Assembly: GCA_038851325.1 (NCBI GenBank)
Contig: JAWCKZ010000004.1
Coordinates: 1-64,000 of the forward strand
Origin: Candidatus Bilamarchaeaceae archaeon
Lineage (GTDB): Archaea; Micrarchaeota; Micrarchaeia; Anstonellales; Bilamarchaeaceae
DNA length: 64,000 bases
Direction: 5' to 3'
A program made the position numbers and the translations under genes. Below are positions 48,995 to 58,484 of the stretch, piece after piece (position 1 is the first letter of the stretch; each line of letters begins with the position of its first letter). The notes beneath the pieces are model-generated. The model had not been told where the DNA came from, searched no databases, and saw only the letters and a list, made by a program, of their open reading frames with translations.

Positions 48995-51220
48995 ATGGTC
49001 TCTTCGCACGCTTTCTTTCGCAGTGTGCTCTTTATTCTTGCCGCGCTCTCTATGCTTTCGTTTGGGGTTCCAACAGATCTCTCTATAGAAATAAATAACG
49101 GCGCTCCTTCAACCAACAGTACCGCTGTCGTATTGACGCTGGGGGCAAATGGTGCAGTTAATTGTAGTCTCTCAAATGACGCCACAAACTACTGCGAACC
49201 ATTTCCATTCACATCAACCAAGGATTGGAATCTCTCTACTGGGGATGGTCTAAAAACGGTGTATTTCAAATGTGCAGATATTGATGGGAACTGGAGTGAT
49301 CCAGTCAACGATACGATCATTCTGAACACAACACAACCAGACAGCATACCGCCATCAGCCTCCTCAAAAGCTCCAGTAGGAGTTATCACAAACAGAAGGC
49401 CGATTATTTCAGCCATAATCTCAGACAGCGGCGGCTCAGGAATAAATAGCTCAAGTATAGTATTATATCTTGATGAAAGCACAGTAGTCCACTCTTACAA
49501 TTCCGAAAGCGGAAATGTCTCCTATATAACATCAACTGATCTAAACCTAACGAGCCATACTGTTCGTCTGATTGTCTTTGATAACGCTGGGAATATCCTA
49601 AACACCTCGTGGACATTTAATATTTCTTCGGTAGGCGTTGGTTTTGCATCCTTACGACCTGAAAACAATAGCATAGTGGATAAAAGCGATGTTGAGATAT
49701 CCGTAACGCTGCAAGACATAGGCGGGGGGATAAACTCCTCAACAATAATAATGCGCTTGGATGATGACCCTGTTGATTTCGATTACTCAAACAACACCAG
49801 AAAGGTAACTTACGAAGGGCATCTCGAAGATGGGAATCACACCGTTACGGTTTCCGCTGCGGATAACAACGGGGTGCGAAGTTCTATAAGTTGGAGCTTT
49901 GTAGTCGACACAAAACCCCCGAGCGTAAGACTTTTTGTTCCTGGAAACGGAAGCGTTGTTAGCAGGGTATATGAGATTTCAGCGGTTGTGGAGGATGACG
50001 GGTCTGGCATCAATAAGAATAAAATATTCATGGAGATTAATCGCGTTGATGTCACTCGTTCTCTAGAGTTTCATGAAACAGATGGAAGAGTGGTGTTTCG
50101 CCCCACTGGAGAACTCGCCGGTGGAGAGTACACAGTGGAATTGTGGGTCCGAGATAAAGCTGAAAACGAAAAATATGTTAGTTGGATATTTAGGATACCG
50201 AGCACTGCACCCTCGTTTTCTTACGCCGCACCAAATGATGGCGCAGTTATAGCCAATTCTACTCCTGAGATATCGGTAGTTATATCAGAAGGAAGCGGTA
50301 CTGGAATAAATGTAAACTCGATTAAATTTTCACTCGATGGTACTGTCTTCGATGCGGTTTTCTCTACAACAACAGGAAAGCTCTCTTTCATACCCGGAGA
50401 GCCTCTCAGTGATGGCCGGCATATCGTACACGTCGAAGCAAAGAATAACAAGAATGAGCGAAATGCGATAAACTGGTCGTTCTCCGTAGACACGACGCCT
50501 CCTCAGCCACCCACAGATCTCATGTTAAACAAAACCGAAAATGAAACACGTCTTAGGTGGACTGCCTCGTCTTCACCAGATGTAAATAAATATCTTATCT
50601 ACGGCTCTTCGATTGGTTTTAATTCAACAACAGGAAGAACGCCCCTCGCAGAACTCAGTGGTAACAGCACTTCCTATACTCACAACCAAAGCGGAAGATT
50701 CTACTATGCAATTGTCGCAGTTGACAGAACGGGTAATCCTTCTTCACCTGTATTTGCCGGGACGTGTGCGGCGTTCGAAAATGGTATTTGGATTGATTAT
50801 GAATGCTGCACGGATATCGAGTGCGCTGAGGGCGAGTATTGCGAAGCAACTACGCACAAATGTATTTTACCAGAAAAGAGCGTTGGTATAGAAGAGGCAG
50901 AAATGACTATCAGCCTGGCAGAATCCGCGATTCAAAATGCGCAGAATGCTGGAAAGAATGTAAGTAAGGCTGAGGAATTTCTTTCTCAGGCACGCAATTC
51001 GTATAATGCAGGAAATTATAAGGAAACAGAACGATTGGCACGATTAGCAAGGGATGCTGCAGTGAATGCTCCTCTTTTAGACAATGTCACTGCTGATAAT
51101 GAAGAAAAGACTGGTGGAAAGAAGCCGCTACCCTGCATACCTTCTTGCATACTGCCCAGCGTTTTAGCGCTTTATTTAATAAAGGACCGTCAAATTAAAA
51201 TAGTAAAAAACAAAAAATAA
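48995..51220 (+). CDS. surface protein with tandem Ig-like/FN3-like domains
   Basis: Signal peptide; four D.GSGIN...G.HTV...D.AGN...W.F repeats; Cys cluster; C-terminal hydrophobic/basic tail. Confidence 0.8.
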   Translation: MVSSHAFFRSVLFILAALSMLSFGVPTDLSIEINNGAPSTNSTAVVLTLGANGAVNCSLSNDATNYCEPFPFTSTKDWNLSTGDGLKTVYFKCADIDGNWSDPVNDTIILNTTQPDSIPPSASSKAPVGVITNRRPIISAIISDSGGSGINSSSIVLYLDESTVVHSYNSESGNVSYITSTDLNLTSHTVRLIVFDNAGNILNTSWTFNISSVGVGFASLRPENNSIVDKSDVEISVTLQDIGGGINSSTIIMRLDDDPVDFDYSNNTRKVTYEGHLEDGNHTVTVSAADNNGVRSSISWSFVVDTKPPSVRLFVPGNGSVVSRVYEISAVVEDDGSGINKNKIFMEINRVDVTRSLEFHETDGRVVFRPTGELAGGEYTVELWVRDKAENEKYVSWIFRIPSTAPSFSYAAPNDGAVIANSTPEISVVISEGSGTGINVNSIKFSLDGTVFDAVFSTTTGKLSFIPGEPLSDGRHIVHVEAKNNKNERNAINWSFSVDTTPPQPPTDLMLNKTENETRLRWTASSSPDVNKYLIYGSSIGFNSTTGRTPLAELSGNSTSYTHNQSGRFYYAIVAVDRTGNPSSPVFAGTCAAFENGIWIDYECCTDIECAEGEYCEATTHKCILPEKSVGIEEAEMTISLAESAIQNAQNAGKNVSKAEEFLSQARNSYNAGNYKETERLARLARDAAVNAPLLDNVTADNEEKTGGKKPLPCIPSCILPSVLALYLIKDRQIKIVKNKK

Positions 51221-51266
51221 ACAAATAGCAGACCGATTAGTTCCTTAAATAATTACGTTAATTATT

Positions 51267-51428
51267 CTAGAACCTTGGTCTTCGTGGTCTATAGCAATTA
51301 CTGCAGTAGACCGGTCTTCCTTCTATGGGCTGAAACGGCACCTGGCAAGGCTGCCCGCATTTCGCGCAAACCGCGTCATACATCTTCCTTTCACGGTTAT
51401 AGCCGCTTCCGCCTTCGCTTTCTCCCAT
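51267..51428 (-). CDS. CxxC-x17-CxxC small zinc-binding protein
   Basis: MYDAVCAKCGQPCQVPFQPIEGRPVYCSNCY; GGTGA RBS; missed by the ORF track. Confidence 0.9.
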   Translation of the reverse strand: MGESEGGSGYNRERKMYDAVCAKCGQPCQVPFQPIEGRPVYCSNCYRPRRPRF

Positions 51429-51610
51429 TTATTCACCTACTTTTCACTACCCGTTTATTAACCAGGCAAAAAAAAGCCACAGTCAACTTTTGGGCATTGT
51501 TAGTTATTGGTACACCAGTTATATATAAACCTATGCATTCTGGTATCTTGGTGACAAGTTCAGTTGAATTGCTTGTCTAGATATTACAAAGGTATTACAA
51601 AGGAAAGCTG

Positions 51611-52768
51611 CTAAAGACCTGCTTCTCTTCTAAGAATATCAGCCATATCAGTTCTCTCCCATGTGAAATCTGGGTCTTCTCGGCCAAAGTGGCCATACGC
51701 AGCGGTCTTTTTGTAAATAGGTCTTAGAAGGTTGAGGCGCGCTATCATATCTGCTGGCTTAAAGGAGAAATGCTTAGAAATAAGCTCCTCTATTTTCTCA
51801 ATAGGAACTTTATTAGTACCTTTGCAATCTACGTGAATAGAGAGTGGTTTTGCGACTCCGATGACATAAGCTACTTGTATCTCACATTCATCAGCAAGTC
51901 CTGCTGCTACTATGTTCTTTGCTACGTATCGCGCCATGTACGCACCAGAGCGGTCAACCTTTGAAGGGTCCTTTCCAGAAAAGCATCCTCCGCCATGATG
52001 TCCTCGCCCTCCATAGGTGTCCACAATTATTTTTCTCCCAGTAACACCAGAATCGCCGCTTGGACCACCTATCACAAAACGACCTGTTCCGTTAACGTGA
52101 ATTATGGTGTTATCATCAAGCCACTTTCCACAAACAGGCCTTATAACATGTTCAACAATATCACGCCTTATTTGCTCAAGTGTTACGTCTGGGTCGTGCT
52201 GCGCTGCTATAACCACTGTATGCACTCTTGCAGGCTTATCGTTTACATACTCAACCGTAACCTGTGTCTTGCCATCCGGTCTAAGGTAGGTAAGCGTCCT
52301 ATTTTTTCTAACCTCTGCAAGCCGCATCGCTAGTTGATGCGCAAGTTGAATAGGAAGAGGCATGAGCTGCGGGGTCTCGTTTGTCGCATACCCAAACATT
52401 ATTCCTTGATCACCAGCGCCTTGCTCTCGTCCTTCACCAACGTTCACACCTTGTGCGATGTCTGGCGATTGTTCGTGAATAGAAACAATTGTTCCACACG
52501 AATGACAATCAAACATATATTCGGGAGAGGTATACCCTATCTCTCTTATGACGTTGCGTGCGACATCTGCAATGTTGACATAACCGGTTGTGGTAACTTC
52601 GCCCATGATTATTACGAGTCCGGTAGTAACAGCTGTTTCCACGGCAACGCGTGCTTTCGGATCTTGTTTCAGCATCTCATCAAGAATTGCATCGCTTATT
52701 TGATCGCATATTTTATCTGGGTGTCCTTCTGTTACCGACTCTGAAGAAAAAAGATATCTTTTTGCCAT
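51611..52768 (-). CDS. metK: S-adenosylmethionine synthetase, bacterial/eukaryotic type
   Basis: [42 protein letters not shown]. Confidence 0.97.
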   Translation of the reverse strand: MAKRYLFSSESVTEGHPDKICDQISDAILDEMLKQDPKARVAVETAVTTGLVIIMGEVTTTGYVNIADVARNVIREIGYTSPEYMFDCHSCGTIVSIHEQSPDIAQGVNVGEGREQGAGDQGIMFGYATNETPQLMPLPIQLAHQLAMRLAEVRKNRTLTYLRPDGKTQVTVEYVNDKPARVHTVVIAAQHDPDVTLEQIRRDIVEHVIRPVCGKWLDDNTIIHVNGTGRFVIGGPSGDSGVTGRKIIVDTYGGRGHHGGGCFSGKDPSKVDRSGAYMARYVAKNIVAAGLADECEIQVAYVIGVAKPLSIHVDCKGTNKVPIEKIEELISKHFSFKPADMIARLNLLRPIYKKTAAYGHFGREDPDFTWERTDMADILRREAGL

Positions 52769-52837
52769 TTTGTTTATCACCTTTGCCCTTCCTTTTAATA
52801 TTTTGAGACATTTTTTTAAAAACCTTTACATAAAAAA

Positions 52838-53404
52838 ATGAAAAAGATGGTGGCAAACATGGAAACGCTTGAGGCGATAAGAGCAAGACACTCTGTTCGC
52901 GATTATACGAACAAACCTGTTGAGAGAGAAAAGATCTTGGCCATCCTTGACGCAGCGTCGCGCGCGCCCTCAGGTATGAACAGACAGCCTTGGCACTTTC
53001 TTGTACTCACTGAAGAAGAAAGTAGAAAAAAAGCACTCTCTGCGAATAGTATTTATAATTCTTGGATGAACAAAGCGCCAGTACTGATTGTTGCTCTTGC
53101 TGATAGCAAGGCATTTTATGGAAGAGAGGAACAAAAGACATACTTGTTTGATGTCGGACTTGCTGTAGAAAATCTTCTTCTTGCAGCCACAGAACTTGGT
53201 CTTGGCGCTTGCGTTACAATAGGCTTTTCAGCTGAAAAATTGCAAAGGGAATTGAACATTCCTGAAAGATACATCCCTATCGTGCTTATATCTGTAGGAT
53301 ACGAATCCAAAGAAAAAATAGCTGAGCCTCTAATAAAAGGAATTACACATTCGATAAACAAGAAGAAAAACTTTGATGAGGTTGTCTCTTTCGAAAGAAT
53401 TTAG
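52838..53404 (+). CDS. nitroreductase family protein
   Basis: RHSVR, APSGMNRQPW, ENLLLAA..LGLG. Confidence 0.92.
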   Translation: MKKMVANMETLEAIRARHSVRDYTNKPVEREKILAILDAASRAPSGMNRQPWHFLVLTEEESRKKALSANSIYNSWMNKAPVLIVALADSKAFYGREEQKTYLFDVGLAVENLLLAATELGLGACVTIGFSAEKLQRELNIPERYIPIVLISVGYESKEKIAEPLIKGITHSINKKKNFDEVVSFERI

Positions 53405-53405
53405 A

Positions 53406-53615
53406 CTATCTTCTCTTTTTCTTGATTTTTGGTTTGGCGCTTTTTCTCTTCACCTTGGCTATCACTTTTGGCTGTTTCTTCTTTTTTGGAGGAGCGGGTC
53501 TAATCGGTTTCTCGCATTTCTTTATTCCCATCTTATACACGTAAGGTCTTGGACAGACTTCCTTCGTGACTATACAAATTCCATCCTCCAATTTGGGACA
53601 AACCATCCAGACCAC
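53406..53615 (-). CDS. small Cys-containing, very Lys-rich protein
   Basis: C-x7-C-x6-C-x12-C, then a basic tail. Confidence 0.65.
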   Translation of the reverse strand: MVWMVCPKLEDGICIVTKEVCPRPYVYKMGIKKCEKPIRPAPPKKKKQPKVIAKVKRKSAKPKIKKKRR

Positions 53616-53644
53616 CGCTCACTGTTTTTCGCTCACTGTTTTTT

Positions 53645-53862
53645 GCACTCTGGACTCGGTCGAAAGACAGAGCAACTGAACCGATACAACTTAACCCATC
53701 AGTTCAAGTTGTCCTCTCTTTCATGCTACAGAATTAACCTGGCGAGTACGGGTTTCATACAGCGAGGTATAGTCCAGTCGCTGTATTAATGGCGTCACTC
53801 GACAGAGGTTTCCGCAACATACCTTTTTCCAAGGCACCCGAATTGTCCGCGTGCGTAGCACA
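53645..53862 (-). ncRNA. candidate structured ncRNA or 5' leader of unknown family
   Basis: Five helices plus a 7-bp loop pseudoknot; G-U pairs favour the minus strand; TATA-like TTTATAA about 20 nt upstream. Confidence 0.55.
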
Positions 53863-53953
53863 CTTCTATAGAAAAGATTATAAATTTAATGCATTTTTGT
53901 GATATTTCTACATTATTTATGACTAAATATGTTAGTTTTTAATTGATTTAGGA

Positions 53954-54658
53954 TTATACGTGCTTTTTGACATCTATCGCTGCTCCGCTCGGAATACTGT
54001 TCACATTCCTGATTAAGTCGATTATTTCCAGCGCTACATCCTCAGGAACATGTGCTGCTGGCTGGTCTGATATCTGCTCCCACATTTTTGTTTGCGTTGA
54101 AGTTGGACAAACCGCATAAACTGCTATTTTATCTTTTTCGAGCTCTTGAGCAAGCGACTCTGTGAAACCGATTACACCGAATTTGGTTGCGCAGTACACA
54201 GCAGCGTTGGCAAACCCTTGTTTCCCGGCAACAGATGAAATATTGATAATAAGACCGCCACCTGCCTTTCTCATGTATGGTATCACTTCTTTAGCGCAGT
54301 GCATCAGGCCTATGAGATTTACGCCCACTACCGCATCTATCGCGTTATCAGGCATCTCAGCAAATGGGCCGTAGTGAAGAATTCCGGCATTGTTAACGAG
54401 TATATCTATCTTTCCGAATTTCTTAACTGCTTTGGTTAGCATATTTTTTATGTCTTTAAGTTTCGTGATGTCTGCCTTAACAGCGAGCACTTCAGCGCCC
54501 AGTTGCTGTATCTTTCCAGCCGTTTTCTGAAGTTCCGCAACATTTCGTCCTGCTATCACAACCTTGGCACCGTTTTTTGCGAACTCCATCGCTATTGCCG
54601 CTCCAATGCCTCTTCCCCCACCAGTAATAATCGCAACCCTTTCAGCAAGAAGTTTCAT
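53954..54658 (-). CDS. short-chain dehydrogenase/reductase
   Basis: TGGGRGIG, NNAG, YCATK. Confidence 0.93.
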   Translation of the reverse strand: MKLLAERVAIITGGGRGIGAAIAMEFAKNGAKVVIAGRNVAELQKTAGKIQQLGAEVLAVKADITKLKDIKNMLTKAVKKFGKIDILVNNAGILHYGPFAEMPDNAIDAVVGVNLIGLMHCAKEVIPYMRKAGGGLIINISSVAGKQGFANAAVYCATKFGVIGFTESLAQELEKDKIAVYAVCPTSTQTKMWEQISDQPAAHVPEDVALEIIDLIRNVNSIPSGAAIDVKKHV

Positions 54659-54875
54659 GCAGATAAAAAGTTTATCAAATTTTAAAACTTTAACGATGCG
54701 ACACTAATTCTTAACGGGGGAAGAAAAGCTTATCCAAGAAAAGATACCTAGAACAAAGGCTGCTGCATGCTCCTGCTTTGAAGAATGGATGATGGGGAGG
54801 GATGCTAGGGAAGTATTCAACATGAAAGTAGAGTAAGGATTAAAATCATTCAGTACTTTACTAGCACGGAGCGAA

Positions 54876-55397
54876 ATGATGTCAGAGTTGGGATATATTA
54901 ATAGTTTGATAAAGATGGTTTACGATGACACCCTCGCGCACAGTCTTCAGGGTTATGATAAAAAAAGAGCAGCCATTATGGAACTCGGAAACATAGGGGA
55001 CATAACAGCGTTACCAGTACTCTTTGATGCGGTTGAGGATGTTCTATTGCGCAGTGCTGCTATTACAGCGATTGGTAAGATAAAATTTAGTGCGGAAAAT
55101 GAAGCGGATGCCATGCAAGCAATAGATGTGCTTGAGAGAGTTATGGATAATTGCACAGAATTCCAATACGAAATCTCTCGAACAGCACTGAAAAACATCG
55201 CTGAACGGATGAGGGGTAACAATACTGTGACGAACAGAATCGAAGATGTGCTAAAGAAAAAGAATGAAAAGAAGGACGGAGAAGCGATAAACGATGCCGC
55301 AGAATTTAGACTCATAAAAAAAGCTAGAGATGCCAGCAAGCAAGAAAAGGGAAGCAGCAAGCTGCAAAATAAAGAAGATAGAAGACTCAAGTACTAG
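54876..55397 (+). CDS. HEAT-repeat hypothetical protein
   Basis: AAIMELGNIGD..ALPVL; LRSAAITAIGKI. Confidence 0.75.
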   Translation: MMSELGYINSLIKMVYDDTLAHSLQGYDKKRAAIMELGNIGDITALPVLFDAVEDVLLRSAAITAIGKIKFSAENEADAMQAIDVLERVMDNCTEFQYEISRTALKNIAERMRGNNTVTNRIEDVLKKKNEKKDGEAINDAAEFRLIKKARDASKQEKGSSKLQNKEDRRLKY

Positions 55398-55449
55398 ATA
55401 TCTACCCCGCTCCCATAACGATTATAATATTACTCGCTGAATCTGAGTT

Positions 55450-56061
55450 ATGCTAAAACAGAAAGAGAAGACGGTCGGTCTGCAGACCAGAATCGGAAAG
55501 ATGCTCTCATTCATACCTCTCACTCCAAATCAGTTGACCATTGTTGCTTTTCTTACCTCTATCATGGCAGCCTACGCGATAATTACAAAAGAGCTCGGAT
55601 ACGGCTTAGCGCTTTTTCTTGTTGCTGGAACTCTTGATGCCATAGACGGGGCAATCGCGAGAGCACGCGGAGAGATAACAAAATTCGGTGGTTTTCTTGA
55701 CGGCGTCTGCGACAGGTTTGTAGAAGCGCTTTTCCTCATTTCCCTGATGTTCTACCCTTTACCAACTATCTTCATAGATGCAAAAATCTGGCTTGCAGTG
55801 TTGATTTTTATCGGCACATGCATGCCTTCTTATATAAGGGCCTACGCGGACCATCACAGAGTAATAACCCACAAAGAGGCAAAGGCACTTGGTGGGCTTT
55901 TCGAAAGAAGCGAGAGGATATTACTGCTTGCCATGGGGATGTCTGCTGGGATTCTTGTCTCGATGGATTATTTCATTTATTCTGTAATACTAGCAATTGC
56001 GCTTTCCATAATAACAGTTGCGCAGAGAATTATCGTGGTTATGAAAAGACAAACTAGATAG
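55450..56061 (+). CDS. CDP-alcohol phosphatidyltransferase
   Basis: TPNQLT; DAIDGAIAR...T.FGGFLD..CDR. Confidence 0.93.
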   Translation: MLKQKEKTVGLQTRIGKMLSFIPLTPNQLTIVAFLTSIMAAYAIITKELGYGLALFLVAGTLDAIDGAIARARGEITKFGGFLDGVCDRFVEALFLISLMFYPLPTIFIDAKIWLAVLIFIGTCMPSYIRAYADHHRVITHKEAKALGGLFERSERILLLAMGMSAGILVSMDYFIYSVILAIALSIITVAQRIIVVMKRQTR

Positions 56062-57076
56062 AGAGTTTCAGTTGTCTCTCATTCTCGCGTTTTCTCTTCC
56101 TAAAACTATCTGTATCTTTTCTTAAAATCGCCTTTTTTAAAAAATACCTCACTGCTGCGCAGGAATTTTTCTTTAGTTCTTCATATGTTCGTACACTTTC
56201 TGTTTTTCCCAAAAGTTTTGGACGATAATCTATGTTATGGAACGGACTCATTAATAGGTCTCTCTGTTCGTGCGTTAATTTTTTACCTATAAGTTGATTC
56301 GGATCAGCGATCGTTTCCTTTAATCTCTTCAAAACAGGTTTTTTAAGATTGCTTATAATAGGCTCCAGGCTTACGTCCTCAACTGTGTCGTTTATAATCC
56401 GCATAAGAGTAGCCTCATATATTCTTTTGAACGTTTTCCAACCGTTGTGTGAGGCGGCAAATTCAGGATGAAACTGAAAACCAATAACCGGATTACCTCC
56501 GAAACATTCGGTAGCATCGACTATCTGGATGCCGCCGTTACTCGTAGCAAGAACTCTTATTTTGTCATTACCATTACTTATACTTATTTTATAAGCATGA
56601 TTCACTGGAAAGAGAAGGATATCTCCTGCTTTGCCTACTTCATCTATATCTTCGTAAAGAAGCACTTCCCGCGGACCTATCTCAAATTGTATTATCTTCT
56701 TTGACTCGTTTCCAACCACCTTTGCGATTGCATGAAGACCAAAACATATACCAAGTGTTGGCACCGAGGATAGTAACGATTCTATCTGCGCAAGCGCTTT
56801 TTGAAGTTCTCTAGAATTTTCTGTTGTTGGCAGAGGACTGCCGGCGATTATGAGCAACTGAAAATCTTTCTCATCAAAATGGTACTCCTCTTTAAAGCAA
56901 CGGATATGACGACAATTAAATAGGATATGAGAAAACAAATCCGCGCCATAGACTGCCTCTGATAGCATTTCTTTTATGATACGCGCAGTAAGCTGTTCAT
57001 CATATTTTGTATAGTTAAGAGGAGTGTAATCTAAAATACCAACGTCAATCATCTTTTTCATGCATTGATTAGGCAT
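56054..57076 (-). CDS. class I glutamine amidotransferase-like protein
   Basis: PTLGICFG nucleophile elbow; FQFHPE. Confidence 0.85.
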   Translation of the reverse strand: MPNQCMKKMIDVGILDYTPLNYTKYDEQLTARIIKEMLSEAVYGADLFSHILFNCRHIRCFKEEYHFDEKDFQLLIIAGSPLPTTENSRELQKALAQIESLLSSVPTLGICFGLHAIAKVVGNESKKIIQFEIGPREVLLYEDIDEVGKAGDILLFPVNHAYKISISNGNDKIRVLATSNGGIQIVDATECFGGNPVIGFQFHPEFAASHNGWKTFKRIYEATLMRIINDTVEDVSLEPIISNLKKPVLKRLKETIADPNQLIGKKLTHEQRDLLMSPFHNIDYRPKLLGKTESVRTYEELKKNSCAAVRYFLKKAILRKDTDSFRKRKRENERQLKLSI

Positions 57077-57180
57077 GTTATAATTGTAGAAAGATTACGA
57101 ATTTAAACCTGTGCCTGCTTCGTCGGGTCTATGGACTCAACAACACTAAAATATTAAAAATAAGTTAAAAGTAAAAGTGG

Positions 57181-57480
57181 CTAACAACCATACCTACCTG
57201 AAAGGGCTATCGCTGGAAGAAGACCTTTGCTGATTTCTTCAGTCATAACCTCTTTCTTTGAAAGCTCGCTTTTCTTTCGATTGCCGTTCTTCATAGATTC
57301 AATCGAATTTAATTTATTTGCTGCTACCAGAGACACGGCCCAGTCCTTGTGATTCAAAAGCTTCCTAAGTAACCGTATCTGCTTTTTATGTCCAGCGCTT
57401 TCTATTTTTTTGTTGACATACTCTGTTGAGTTTATTCCTCCATTTTCTTCTGATTTTCTCATTCTTATGTTTGTACTCAT
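57181..57480 (-). CDS. hypothetical protein
   Basis: 99 aa; GAGGTGA RBS; ATGA overlap with the upstream HTH ORF. Confidence 0.65.
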   Translation of the reverse strand: MSTNIRMRKSEENGGINSTEYVNKKIESAGHKKQIRLLRKLLNHKDWAVSLVAANKLNSIESMKNGNRKKSELSKKEVMTEEISKGLLPAIALSGRYGC

Positions 57481-57671
57481 ATGGTTTCACCTCGTGATTC
57501 ATACAAATTTATGGCACGCCATGCAGTCATTGTTGAGACGCCGGCAAAATCAGCAATCTTCCTAATTCCCAAATTACTTGTCCAATACAACTTCAAAATT
57601 AGATTCAGTTTTTCCTTATCAATCACTCTGGGTCTTCCTCTGGCCTGGTCGCTGCCTAAAAGAGAGACCAC
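57477..57671 (-). CDS. small Hin-like helix-turn-helix protein
   Basis: GRPR arm; IRKIADFAGVS..TAWR. Confidence 0.7.
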   Translation of the reverse strand: MVSLLGSDQARGRPRVIDKEKLNLILKLYWTSNLGIRKIADFAGVSTMTAWRAINLYESRGETI

Positions 57672-57809
57672 CTCGATTTACTTTTCTTTTTCACACACTT
57701 CACCTCCGTTTACAATATACTTTGTTATAAATTAGAGAAGAAAAGTTTATAAAGACATGTATCATAACAACATCTCTCTTTTAAACCTTTTCACACATAT
57801 GCAAACTTC

Positions 57810-58376
57810 ATGCAGTTCAGAAATAATGCTATGAGATTTAAAATCGAGACGACGTCTGGGGGTAATAGAGAGCAGAGCTCGCTAAAGAAGGTTCTGCTCA
57901 AAATCAACGCAATGCTTCTCGTAGCAGGTATTGCGGTCTGTGGCGCTCCCTGCTCTTTGCATGAAAAAAATGAAATCAGCATTTCCCAAATAATCGAGCA
58001 GACGAAACAAAAAACCAAAGGAGGGAAGATAGAAGTAAGGAAAAGAGAGGGATTTTGCGCCGTCCACTGCAAAAAGGATGGTGAAGGACCGTTTAGTTCT
58101 AGAAAAACAGTTTATGAAGTGGATTTCTCGACTGATGGAGTATATCATAAGGAGTTTTACAGTAAAAATGGCGTGCTTATTGTTGAGGGCATAGGAAATG
58201 ACACAGAACGATTGTTCAGGAACCCAAACTGGAAAGACACAACTGTAGCCGTTCGAGCGTTAAAGATCGGTGCTGTGTGGTATCCGATAGAAGATTACAA
58301 AGGCGAGGAAGCCGAAAGGCTCTGGGCAAAGGTCAAGTCGGGATGTTATCCCTACATGTCTAAAATGGAGGAATAA
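57810..58376 (+). CDS. hypothetical protein
   Basis: 188-aa ORF with one hydrophobic stretch. Confidence 0.6.
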   Translation: MQFRNNAMRFKIETTSGGNREQSSLKKVLLKINAMLLVAGIAVCGAPCSLHEKNEISISQIIEQTKQKTKGGKIEVRKREGFCAVHCKKDGEGPFSSRKTVYEVDFSTDGVYHKEFYSKNGVLIVEGIGNDTERLFRNPNWKDTTVAVRALKIGAVWYPIEDYKGEEAERLWAKVKSGCYPYMSKMEE

Positions 58377-58484
58377 AAATCTTCTTTGAAAAAGCATTTT
58401 CATGGGTATTAGAAAACTCCTATTGAACTGGAGAATAGTACAATTTTTGTAATCATCATGACAAGCGGAATAATTTAGAAAAAA

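Noticed and set aside
51275..51580. 101-aa plus-strand ORF
   Set aside because: Antisense to the well-supported CxxC-x17-CxxC gene
53724..53743. Minus-strand GCCAGG-N10-AGCA resembles SRP RNA helix 8
   Set aside because: The intervening 10 nt do not form a stem with a GNRA loop, and these bases fit other helices
53373..53789. 138-aa plus-strand ORF
   Set aside because: Overlaps the nitroreductase end, the minus-strand small ORF and the structured RNA; no recognisable features
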